Assembly: GCA_028534125.1 (NCBI GenBank)
Contig: CM052817.1
Location: forward strand, 55,058,001 to 55,122,000
Direction: 5' to 3'
From: Lama glama
Taxonomy: Eukaryota
Length of the DNA: 64,000 nucleotides
Below, one piece after another: positions 1 to 11,961 of the stretch (positions are counted from its first letter, which is position 1; every line of letters starts with the position of its first letter). The position numbers and the translations under genes are program-made. The notes below the pieces were generated by a model. The model ran no database searches. It was not told the origin of the DNA and saw only the letters and a list, made by a program, of their open reading frames with translations.

Positions 1-445
1 TTTTTAAATTTCAGCCCAGATAAATTGCCTTATAAAGAGTAAGTATAGTTATGCCAACAAGTACAATCTATGTTACTTGGATTCTGTTGCATGCATTGGT
101 TCGTTCTGATGTCAGTTTTTATGAAGGCCAGGTGACTTGCTTGACAGATCTGACTTGGTAAACAGAACTGTTTTGCAATGGTAAAAGTTATTTTTTCTCT
201 CTGAGACATGTTTAAGGTCATGATGTTCAAATGTTTATCCCCTGAAGATCTCAAAGGTAACTTACCCATGGGACTCATTATTTCTTTCTCTGTTGGAATT
301 CATGTTTTTATCTCTAGACTTGCATCTGTAAAAAGTTGGCATGGAAGGAAAAAACTATGTTTAGTGCATAATATAGTGTATAGAGGCAGCCAAACAATTT
401 TTATTGCCATTCTGAACACTAACTTTTGTATTGAAGGCATTCAGG

Positions 446-477
<32 letters not shown>
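446..477. repeat. (TA)n microsatellite
   Basis: Run of TA dinucleotides with one G interruption. Confidence 0.9.
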
Positions 478-1328
478 TTGTAACCTAAATCTGAAATCTC
501 AGAATTATTTAATTTAAAAATTTTTACTGTTTATTATATAAATTAGTTAGTATGATCAATAATGCTCTAGCAACGAACTCACAATTTCACTGCCTTAAAT
601 TCATAAAGATATGTTTCTTGCCAAGGATTGACTGGATTGTGTCTTTTATTTCTGTAATGTTCTCACTGCAGGACCCAGCCTGGTAGAGTAGACACTCTAA
701 AACACTACTAGTCATCAAGACAGTAGTAAATAAATTTTGGAGGGATTTACTCTGCAATTAAAAGCTCTAGCTGGGAGTCATATATATCCCTTCTTACTGC
801 TAATTACAGGTCCCTACCACTTCCAAGGAATTCAGAAGTTCAGTCCTACCCATGAGAGGAAAGTGGAGATTAGTTAGTATTATATAGTTATATAGTACTA
901 ATAATCACTATATTTGTGTTATTATTCACTACATTTTTTTGTTTTTTTAAAATAAGGGCCATTAAAATTTAAGATTTCTATGGGTGCTGATACAATGTTA
1001 CTAGAATATGCATATAGGTTATACCTGAAAAGACAAATCAAATGAGACATACCATTAGTGGTAATAGAGAGAACACAGATATTAAGAAATTATTTTGTCC
1101 TGAAAAATCTTAATGTCTTTTGCTAATAATAAAAAGGAGAAAGTTTACATTTTTGATTAGGTCTATGCTAAACCCACATATTATTATGAATATAATAATA
1201 TCAACATAGGTTAGAAATTAAACAGTATATTGTCATAAATAATTTACATAAAATTGTAAAGTTTGTGATTTTGGTTTTATTTGTTTAGATTTTCTCATAG
1301 CTTGTAAACAAACATGTCAGGCTTGCTC

Positions 1329-2878
1329 TTTTCTGGTGTACAGCATAGCGATTAATTTATACACGTATCTCTATATATATATTCCTTTCCATATTTCTTT
1401 TCATTATAGGTCATTAAAAGGTATTGGATACAGTTCTCTGTGCTACACAGTAGGACCTTGTTGTTTATCTATTTTATATATAGAAGCTAATATCTACAAA
1501 TTCTGAGCTCCCAATTTATACCTCCCCACCACCTTTCCCCCTGGTAACCATGTTTGTTTACTATTTTCTATGTCTGTGAGTCTATCTTGTAAATAATTTC
1601 ATTTGTGTCTTTTTTTTTTTTTTAGATTCTACATATAAGTGATATCGTATGGTACTTATCTTTCTCTTTCTGGCTTCTTCACTTAGAATGACCATCTCCG
1701 GGTCCATCCATAATCCTGCAAAATGCATTATTTCCTTTTTATGGTTGGAAAAAAAATATATGTACCACATTTCTTTATCCAGTTATTTGTCAATGGGCAT
1801 TTAGGTTGCTTCCATGTCTTGGCTATTGAAACAGTGCTACTATGAACATTGGAGTGCATATATCTTTTCAAATTAGATTTCTTCTGGATATATGGCCAGG
1901 AGTGGGATTGCTGGATCATAGGGTAAGTCTATTTTCAGTTTTTTGAGGAATCTCCATACTGTTTTCTATAATGGTTGCACCAAAATACACTCCTACCAAC
2001 AATGTCGAAGCATTCTTTCTTCTGCACATCCTTTCCAGCATTTATTGTTTGTGGACTTTTTAGTAATGGCCATCCTGATCAGTGTGAGGTGATACCTATT
2101 GTAGTATTGATTTGCATATCTCTGACAATTAGTGATATAGAGCATTTTTTCATGTGCCTATTGGCCATTTGTATACCTTCACTGGAGAAATATTTGTTTA
2201 GATTTTCCCTCCATTTTTTTGACTGGGTTGTTTATTTTTTTGTTATTGAGTTGTATGACCCGTTTGTATATTCTGGAAATTAAGCTCTTGTCGGTCACAT
2301 CATTTGCAAATATTTTTTCCTAGTCAGTAAGTTGCATTTTCATTTTATATATTTTTTCACTTGATGTGCAAAAGCTTATAAGTTTAATTAAGTCCTATTT
2401 GTTTATTTTTGCTTTTATTTCTATTGCCTCTGTAGACTGCTCTAGGAGAACATTGCTATGATTTATGTCAGAGAATGTTTTGCCTATGTTCTCATCTAGG
2501 AGGTTTATGGAGTCTTGCCTTATGTTTAAGTTTTTAAGCCATTTTGAAGTTTTTTTTGTATGGTGTGAGGGAGTGTTATAATTTTATTAATTTATATGCA
2601 ACTATCCAACTTTCCCAACACCATTTGTCGAAGAGATTGTCTTTTCTTCATTGTATACTCTTGCCTACTTTGTTGAAGATGAATTGACCATAAGTGTGTG
2701 GGCTTATTTCTGAGCTCTCTATTCTGATCCATTATCCATATGTCTGTTTTTGTGCCAACACCATTCTGTTTCGATTACTGTAGCTTTGTAGTATTGTCTG
2801 GAGTCTGGGAGGATTATTCCTCCAGCTTCATTTTCTTTCTACAGTATTGCTTTGGCAATTCTGGGTCTTTTTTGATTC
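1329..2878 (-). mobile_element. 5'-truncated camelid-type LINE-1 (ORF2 3' part + 3'UTR), lacking terminal ~45 nt and poly(A)
   Basis: Typical antisense L1 3'UTR (tctggtgtacagcatag...ggtaaccat). Minus-strand ORF fragments resemble the ORF2 C-terminus (AKTWKQPKCP; WMDPEMVILSE). Colinear with the L1 at 53.7-55.5 kb. Confidence 0.95.
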
Positions 2879-2965
2879 GAGTGTAACTCAGTGGTAGACA
2901 GCATGCTTAGCATGCACAAAGTCCTGAGTTCAATCCCCAGTACCTCCATTAAAAAAAAAAAAAAA
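2879..2965 (+). mobile_element. tRNA-derived camelid SINE (Vic-1-like), slightly 5'-clipped
   Basis: A-box-like taactcagtgg, B-box gagttcaatcc, ...agtacctcca followed by A15 tail; homologous to the SINE at 48214. Confidence 0.9.
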
Positions 2966-3983
2966 GGCTTGCCCATTTTGAATTTTCTAGGGCACCTGGA
3001 GTAGACATTCATTCTGAAAAATAATAAATTAAGTTGCTAAAAATAAAGAAAATGAACTTCATTTTCCCCAAAAATACAAAGAGAAGAAACAAAAAAGGAA
3101 TATAAATTATTGTCTGTAACACAGTTTACTTGATTTAAGAGATAATTAATCATATTAATCTAAAAGTAAACATTGGTTTTAAACATCAACTAAAGGAAAA
3201 ACATAATTCAAATATGAATGTATTTATTTATATACAAGTTTATGAGTATAGGAATCTGTATCAATGGGTCATAATGTGTATGCATTTTAGAATGTTTATC
3301 ACAGATTCTCTTTTTCTTCTAAGATGTTAGAGAAAAAGAACATTAAAATTTTTAAAGTGTTCTTTCATATAACAAATGTACATTTCTTTTTAAAATATCT
3401 AGGTTTTTGAATGTTTGTTTTTATTCAAATGTTTTGTATGAGAAAGAAGAAATTGTAATTATACATATTTAAGATTTTATAGAAATTGTCATAATAAATT
3501 TGTACTTTCTACTCCACAACCCATCTTACTCAAAGTTGCATTTGAGAGAAGACTGACTGCATCCATAGACTATGATTGCAGGATAAACCTTTCTTTTGAA
3601 ATAAGAGGATGGTGTGTTGCTTGAATATTATCTTGGCCCCAGTGATACTCTGCTATCCCCATTTGTAGAGAGAAAAAGAAGAACAACTAATCACACTCCT
3701 CTTCTCCATAACAGACTCAATTAAAGGCAGGGGCCCAAGAAACATGAGTATGATCTCTCTGAAGTGCTTTTATAAATAATTAGAAAATAACTTTTAGTAA
3801 TCATCTCCCCTGCAGAGTCAGCTTGACAAACCATAAGAATTAGGAGTCCAAAAGTCAATCTTAACATCATAACATAAAAAAGTCTAATTTTTCTGTCTTC
3901 TATTTTTCAACATTTGTTTTAGTTTCCATTACTTAAAACCCTGTAATAACTTCTTATTTCTTTAAAGATAACTCAATATTCTT

Positions 3984-4405
3984 TTTTTCATAGAGTTCTA
4001 TTGAGAGATATAATTGACATATAGCACTGTGTAAGTTTACAGTATAAGCCTAGTGATTTTACTTACATACCTTATGAAATGATTACTACAGTAAGTTTAG
4101 TGAACATTATTTTCTCATATAAATACAGAATAAAAAGGAAGAACTCTTAGGATTTACTCTCTTACCAACTTTCATATATAACATACAGCAGTATTAATCA
4201 TATTAATCACATTGTATTACATTCCTAGTATTTATTTATCTTATAACTGGAAGTTTGTATCTTTTTACCACTTTCACCCATTCCCTCTTTTCTCATCCCT
4301 CACATCTGGTAACCACAAATATCCCTTTTACTATGAGTTTGTTTGTTTGTTAAAGTATAATTGACCTACAACACTATGTTAGTCCCCTGTGCACAGCATA
4401 GTGAT
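3984..4405 (-). mobile_element. L1 3' end (L1MA9/L1_Art-like)
   Basis: Antisense L1 3'UTR motifs (gatataattgacat, ttataactggaagtttgt, tctggtaaccac); flanking direct repeat TCAATATTCTT at 3973-3983 and 4406-4416. Confidence 0.85.
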
Positions 4406-4482
4406 TCAATATTCTTCATGTCAAATAGTAAGTAGTAAGTTATCTGACCACTGATTATGTCTACGGCCTCACATCAAGACTT

Positions 4483-5042
4483 AGATAAAGAAAATGTGAT
4501 ACTATACATCACATTTATATATAACACATACACACACTGAATATTATTCAATCATAAAACAGAAGGAAATCTTGCTTTTGCAACAACATGGATGGACTTT
4601 GAGGGCATTATGTTAAGTGAATAAGTCAGACAGCAAAGACTAACACTCCATGTTCTCACTTATATGTGGAATCTGAAAAAAAGCTAAATTCATAGAAATC
4701 GTGAGCAGAGTGGTGACTAACAGAGGCTGGGGACAGGGGGAGAAATGGGGAGATATTGGTGAAAGGGTATAAACTTTTACTTATAACATGAATAAGTGCT
4801 AAGGATCTAATGTACAGCACAGTGACTACAATGGACAGTGCTGTATTGTGTACTTGAAAGTTGTTAAGAGAGTAGATCTTAATGCTACCACCACAAAAAA
4901 GTAATTATATGAAGGGAAAGGGGTGTTAACTAAACCTTTCATGCTTATTATTTTGCAGTATGTATTGTGTCAAATCATCATGTTATATATCTTAAGCTTA
5001 CATATGCTATATTTCAATAATATCTCAATACAGATGGAAAAA
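4483..5042 (+). mobile_element. L1MA9/10-like 3' end
   Basis: gcaacaacatggatggactttgagggcattatg...ctcacttatatgtggaatct...atatctcaata, typical of L1MA 3'UTR. Confidence 0.9.
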
Positions 5043-6018
5043 CTGATTCCATGTGCTTGAGAATTTTCTAACCCTTCTCTCCCACTCCACACCCCCCTTA
5101 CCTCCGTTCCAAATACCCTTTCCTGTCAAATGCCTATTTATCTTATGTAGGCTCATCTTCAGCACACTCAGAAGACTTCTCTGAACCTCAAGTTCAACTT
5201 AGACCTCTTATTATAAAGCAATGTGCCATGGATTACATAACATTGTACAGTCAAGCTCAAACATTCTGAATCAAGCAGCAAATGCAGTAATAGGTGACAG
5301 AATGGATATTGTGGCACTAATTAAACTGCCAGTTAATGCTTTTGTATCTGAAACAAACTGAATTACTGGGCTACATAGTGTTCTATCTCAGCTCAAGGCA
5401 TATTCCTTTTATTTCCTTTTTCTTCTAGTTCCAGGAAACTATAACATGTTTTTAGCATACAGAAGAAATAGCCAGTCTCCTCAATTAAAATTAAACCAAA
5501 TAAATTATCCTTCTGAGATATATAATCTATTTTCCCCCATGTCCCACATTTTAAATAATTAAATGTAAGAATAAACAGTTGAGTCTAGAGTGTTTATATT
5601 TCTATAACCTCACTTTGTCTGCAGTTAAATCAAGAAAAATGAGTAAGTAAAATGTTTAGGTCTGAATGATTAAGAAGTCTTCCCAAAAGAATCCTTCCTA
5701 AACAAGGATTGTCTGGTCCAAGGACGTATTTCTGTACTCATTTCTCTAGAGTCATAGGAAGCAAATTTCTGCTTTCAGGTGCTAAAGACTCAGAAATATT
5801 GAGGACTTCTTTCAGCAAATCCTGCTGTGTAAATCAAAGAAAATACTTTTCAAAACACTGGATCATTGGCCCTACTACCCCACCCCCACCTCTCATTTTA
5901 TTATATAAAAAGTCACACTGGCAAACTACCTTGTTGGATACTGGGGGCATAAGTACTTTCTCTCTTTTTCTTTAGCAGAAATCATTGCATGTATGATTAT
6001 GGATTCATACCTAGGGGC

Positions 6019-6143
6019 TCCACTAGAATGTAAATTCCATGAAAGCAGACTCTATGAGTGTCTTGGATACAACCCTGTGCCATTACTCTGCCAGATGCTG
6101 CTGGTGATATAAGTACTCAGAATATTTGTGGTTGAATGAATGA
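6019..6143 (+). mobile_element. L2 3' end
   Basis: ccactagaatgtaaattccatga...aatatttgtggttgaatgaatga. Confidence 0.7.
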
Positions 6144-8155
6144 GATAAATAAGCAAGTATGTGCATAGAGAAGTGAAAAGCATGTTTACAAAACCATAAT
6201 GCTACAAGCTATTTTTTTTCCGATGTCTTCATTTGTGATGACATTTATTTTTTCTATAGAGACAGTTTAGTTCAAAGAAAGTCTTCATTTTTGACAATAT
6301 TTCTCAGTTGACATTCTTTTGCGAGCATGAATTACACCTCAAAGAATTGTGAAATCATCTATTGAGTGCCTTTCTAAACTTTGTTTTCCCATTTCTTAAT
6401 TTAGGGTCTGTGATAATTCATGCACTCAATAAATATTTGCTAAATATGTATTTGTATGTACTTTAAAAAGAAATTAAGTAACAGCAATTTTAGAGGATGT
6501 ATTGATTCTGATATGGATTTATTGAGAGATTATATATTCCTGCTTATGTAATATTACTCTACAATTATCAAGAATAAAAAACGCTGCATCTTATTTCTGT
6601 ATTTTAGTACTCTAAGTATATAAAATATTTTATACCTCCCATTGTGTTATAATTACTTGAAATTCTCTAAATGTATTACTTGTGTGCTTTGTATACATTT
6701 AATTTCATTATAGAGAGAACTTGCCTGCTTAAATATATTTTCCCAGTGTTGAATGAAAATGTGGTTTGACATCAGGAAAATATGTGGTTTGGTGATAAAC
6801 AATAGCTATACACAGTGCAAATGTATTTGAGGTGGATCATAAGATATAAACTCCACACAGTGGTTATTTCCAAACAATCCAGATTCAGTCAAATTCTTCA
6901 TACCATCACTTTCTGAAGAAACAAAAATATAGGACTTTGATTTGCCTTTGGATTGAAAGATGCAATTGTAATGCTTTGTAGCAAAGAATTTTGGTTTCAA
7001 GTGGAAAACTAATTTATAAAGTAGGACAGAAACAATTGCTGAGGCCATTTTTACTGCTTTTAATTAGCAATATCAGAAGCTTTGGTTAAAAGGAAATTCC
7101 TAATAGGCACAGAAAATTCAGACTGAAATAATTTCTACCATTGCACTAACTTCCATAGTTAATTCCTTGCATGTGCCTGAGTGACAAAATTCTATTAGAT
7201 TTATTTCTTTTATTAATAAATGTATTCATTTTAGTAACCCCTATGTAAGCCCAATATGTTTATTATTATTTGATACTATACATTAAAAGCATAAACCTTC
7301 TTGCCACAATTCATGTTAACCAATGTTGTTATGCAATGCATTAATTTCACTGCAGTGTGAGAATGGAATTTATTTTAGACAAGGAAACATTGCTGCCTTT
7401 CCTACAAAAGAACATATGTGGAAAATGATTATTCCTTTGGACTGAATACCTGAATTTATTTAGTAATAGAGGATTTGAATCTTGATATAATAAGCATCTA
7501 AGCTCATGGGCTTATTCTTATTTCCTAGGCAGTTTGCTGTCTTCATTGGAAACCTGAAACTTAACCCACATTTATTATTGTAACCTCAAAAAATTTGAAT
7601 CATATTAGGACTACAAGCAGGCTTAGAAAGAAATGATCATGTCAGATCTCATGGGGTATGGGGGAAGGGACAAAGTGACATTCAAGCTGAGATGTTGACT
7701 GTGCTACCCCCCCCCAAAAAAACAACCAGGAAAGATAGGAAGTGTGGATAATATCCGATGTACTTCTTCACGAAAGTGAAATAGAAGAAACTGAAATTGA
7801 AGTAAATATTATCATTCTTATGGTATTTGATCTTGAGAGAGAAAAACATAAAAAATATTTATATGTTTTATGTCTCAGTTAAATTATATGTTGATAGTGT
7901 TAGGGAAAGATCTGTAAGTTCCCCAAAATAAAAATAAAATAAAATAAAATATTTTCCCACTTACTGGAATTTAAAATATTAATGTTTTAGAGAGTTGACT
8001 TCTTCCCTCCCTCAATTCCCCTTCTTTCTTCCCTCCCTTCATTATTCCTTCCATCCTTTCCTTCAACAAACACTTATTAAACAAGTTCTATTCATTAAGC
8101 AGAATTTTAGCTACTAAAGATAAATAGATGAGTTAAGTCACCTCAGAGGCTTTTT

Positions 8156-8690
8156 GTCACACTGTTCACTGCCCAGTCAGGAATCCCAAGTCTTTCCTAT
8201 ATACAGGGAATTTAGGAGAACACTCTTCAACATGAGAAGCTGTATGAGGCAGAGCTTACCATTGCTAAGGAACCTGGAAAAGACAGCCACATGCATTTGC
8301 AGATCCTTTCCTGCTTACCTGGACAGTACCTAAGAGGGACCAATTAGCTTCAAACATCCCTGATTTTAATCAGAGCCAATGAGGGAAAGACCCCAGGAAG
8401 ATGACACTCAGTTTTGTCAGCAGTATCTTGTTTCCTGGGGTAGGAGTGGACTTCGTATCATGGATAATATTCAGCATTTCATGTTAACAGAAGAGATGTC
8501 TAACTGGACTGCTTCCATATTGTGAATTTTGCTGTACTTCTGGCTGTCATCCTTTTCTTTCTTCTCACTAAGGAACCATTTGTTCTTGAGACTTAATTCT
8601 TGGTGTTATTTAGTATTCTCTCAATAAAATAACTTTTTTTTAGTTGGTTAATGTCATTTTCTTTTCCTGGCAACTAAAAACTCCCACAAG
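8156..8690 (+). mobile_element. Old ERVL-type LTR (family uncertain)
   Basis: TG start, AATAAA near 8623, end resembling an ERVL LTR terminus (ggcaactaaaaactcc). Confidence 0.35.
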
Positions 8691-9225
8691 TACTATCTTA
8701 GTCCTCAGAGAGCACTATATGGAAGGCTAAGCTAGCCAAGAAGTCTGGAAAGCTGCTATAATTATTACAAGTGCCGTACTTTTTATTTAAATAATAGTAA
8801 GGGTGAGATCTCAGGTGTAGACTAGAAAGACACAGGCTAAACATTTGGCCTGAGTTGCTTACTACCTACTGGTACTAGACAGAAAGCAACACACAGGAAA
8901 GCATTTGCACCATGGTTTAAAGAGTACAGAATTTAGATATTCAAAGTCTGAAAGTATATCAGAGAATAACAAGCAATTTGGGGTGACTGGAGCTAAGATT
9001 GCTTAAAAAAATAAAATGAAAAGTGACACTAGAAAGGTGAAATAGGTTACAACTCTGCTAGTCCTTGAACACCTTAGAAGAATATTTGTATTCCAGAAAT
9101 AAAGGTGGACAACTGAAAGTTTTTGTGTGGAGGAAAAAAAACTAGAGACAATCACCTACTGCTAACTCCACAGTTTATTCATCAAGCAATATTTTAAAAT
9201 ATTTTAGTTTAAGCATACATTATAC

Positions 9226-9640
9226 TTTTTATCAAAGTATAGCATACTTACAGAAAAGGGCACAAATCATAACTGTGCAACTTTATGAATGTTCAGTGAG
9301 TGAACATGTTCAGCTAACCAGGACCCCCCTCAGAATCCTAGAAGACCCCCTTATGCCCTGTCCAGTCACTATCACCTCAAATGTGACCCTTCTCCTGATT
9401 TCTAAAACAGCTTATTTCTTGAACATTATACAAATAGAACATACAGTTTGTACTTTTTGTGTCTCCATTCTTTTTCTCACTATTGTATTTGTAAGATCAT
9501 CAATATTATTATGTATTGTGGCAGTTTGTTTTCTCCTTGCTACATGGTATTCTATTTTTTAGTATACCACCATTAATTCATGTTGCTATTGATGGCACTG
9601 GCTATTTTGATTGGAGCTACTATGAACATCTGTACATGTT
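9226..9640 (-). mobile_element. L1ME-type 3' end
   Basis: aagtatagcatacttacagaaaagggcacaaatcataa...ccttctcctgatttctaa, typical of antisense L1ME 3'UTR. Confidence 0.75.
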
Positions 9641-9925
9641 ATTTAATTAACATTAATATACCAAATGCTTTTTAACATCAATAGGATGAGCTTAGACTGA
9701 AGACTATGTAAATATTCTGATTTTCAGGAAATGATATATTTTATTCCTGATTCTACTAGCCATTCCATGTGGACATATCAAAACTATATAATCCATTAAC
9801 TGTATCTCTGATAAAAAATAGTGATCATTGTATTTTATGCACTAAATCAGCGCTAACAATAAAACGTACATAGAGTTGAATTTGTTGTTTTATCATTGAC
9901 CTGAGATCAGTTTCTAATTAATTTT

Positions 9926-10524
9926 AGGGGACATCCAGTTTCACCTGTGACATGTACAGATCTTGAAAATAATCACTCTGTCTTTACAACAAAAGAATGC
10001 CAGACAAACTGAAAATCAATGAGTTTTCTTGGATTAATCAGAGAACTGAAATCACAGGGAAAATTTCCACCTTGAATTCTGGAGAGACAGGTGAATATAG
10101 ATAGTCACAACCAAGATCTTCTTACTTGGAGCAAAAGCCTTAGGAGCCAGAAACTGTGTGGGAAAACATACACGGTAATTCTGAAAACGGATGGAGCTGA
10201 GTGTGGACTAGCATGAAAGTAAGAAGCTTGCGGTGTTGTGAGGGGCATGTAGTATTCTGGATGGGATCCTGGAACAGACAAAGACATTAGATAAAGTAGA
10301 GGAACTCTGAAGAAAGTATGGGACTTTACTTAATAATAATATATCAATATTGGTTATTATGTTGTAATAAATGTACCACACAAATGAAAGATAGTAACAT
10401 TATAGGAAACAGTGTAGGCTATCTGAGGGTTTCTGCATTATTTTTCCAAATTTTCTGTACGTCAAAAGCTATTATAAAAATTAAAAGTTTACTTTTTAAA
10501 ACAAAGCAAAAACAAAATAAAAAA
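9926..10524 (+). mobile_element. Internally deleted L1MC: 5'UTR start fused to 3' terminus
   Basis: 9926-10246 resembles an L1MC 5' end (aaactgaaaatcaatga, ctggagagacaggtgaat, ctgagtgtggactagc). 10247-10500 resembles an L1MC 3' end (ctggatgggatcctggaacag...aaaagtttact), followed by an A-rich tail. Confidence 0.75.
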
Positions 10525-11495
10525 GCAATTCCAGTGGCTTTATAAGTATCAGGTTGGGCACATTTATACTGTCTCCCTTGGATTTGGAGCAGCATTATAC
10601 TCCTGACTCTAGCAATAAGTCAGCTTATAAGTAGTTTATAATAAATGGTTTATAAAGATAAAAAATTTTTTATCTGAAAATCTTTGATAAAGAATTCTTC
10701 ACTGTTTTAGGCATAATTCTACATCTCTATTTTCTATCTAGTGGTATAGACAGAGAATTGAGATAAAACAAGTAATGTTGAGATTTCATTTTAACAATAA
10801 AATAATATGAAATAGTTATAGTAGGTAGTGATATTATCTTATTAGAGGTACTATAAAATTAATTAATGCACTAATAATGTTTGCTTTTAAATTTCCTAGA
10901 AAAGTTGATAACAGTTGCTCTACTCTGAACTTTGTAAGTGTGTAGGTTCAATTAGCATATCTTTGAGGGAATTAAACATGTTTCAATTTATCTAGAAAAG
11001 CTTTAATTTGGAGATCTCTAAACAATTATTTAAATGCTAGAACTAGATTTTGAAATGGGGAGATAAAGAACCTTGCTTATGTGCATCTGGAACGACTTTT
11101 TTGTGAGAAAGTTAGGATGTTAGTCTGGTCCCTTGATTAGAATACCAGACATAAGGTCTGAGTCTTAGATTTTATCCACACGTAGGCCAGCAAACTTTGT
11201 TACATAAACAGAACAGTGGCTATCCTGTGATTTTGATTAACAGGGAGTTTTAGAGATTGGACTCTCATGGTCAGCATTTTTGTAATCCTCACAAGTTCTA
11301 TGTGTAGTACTGTTATCTACAAATGAAGAGACTTTGTGATGTGGTGGTATGACATAGGATGCCAAGCACTCTGATTAAGGGGTGGAGTCAGTCTGTATTG
11401 GACGTCAGTTCTTTATCTCTGTGTAAACTGCCTCCCCAGATTTTAGAACCTGGCCTAGTACTTACGTTTCTTATGTCATATGTTGGGAATAAAAC

Positions 11496-11961
11496 TGTTA
11501 TGGGTTGAATTATGCCTCCTCTCCCCTCCTTCCCAAATACCGCAGAATGTGACCTTATATGGAAAGTGTCTTTATAGAGTAATCAATTTAACATGAAGTC
11601 ATGAGAGTGGTCCCTAATCCAACATGACCAGTGAACTTATAAAAAGATGAAATTTGGACACAGAAACAGATGTGCATAGTAGGGAGAATATGTGAAGACA
11701 CAAGGAAAACACCATGTGAAGAGAGAGGCAGAGACTAGAGAGATACTACTACAAGCCAAAGGATACTAAGGATTGACAGTCACCACCAGAAACTAGGAAG
11801 AGGCGAGGAAGGATTCTCGCTTACAGGCTTCAAGGGAGTATGGCCCAGACAAAATCTGGATTTTGAACTTCTAGCCTCCAAAACTGTGAGAAAATAAATT
11901 TCTATTATTTTAAGACACACAATTTTTGGTGCTTTGTATGGCAGACCCAGGAAACTAGTCA
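11496..11961 (+). mobile_element. MaLR solo LTR, MLT1C-like
   Basis: tgttatgggttgaatt...cagaatgtgacctta...ttctagcctccaaaactgtgagaaaataaatttc...ggaaactagtca. Confidence 0.9.

Noticed and set aside
2879..2950. tRNA-like sequences here and at 48214
   Set aside because: Poly(A)/AT tails, TSD-like repeats and broken stems identify them as SINEs, not tRNA genes
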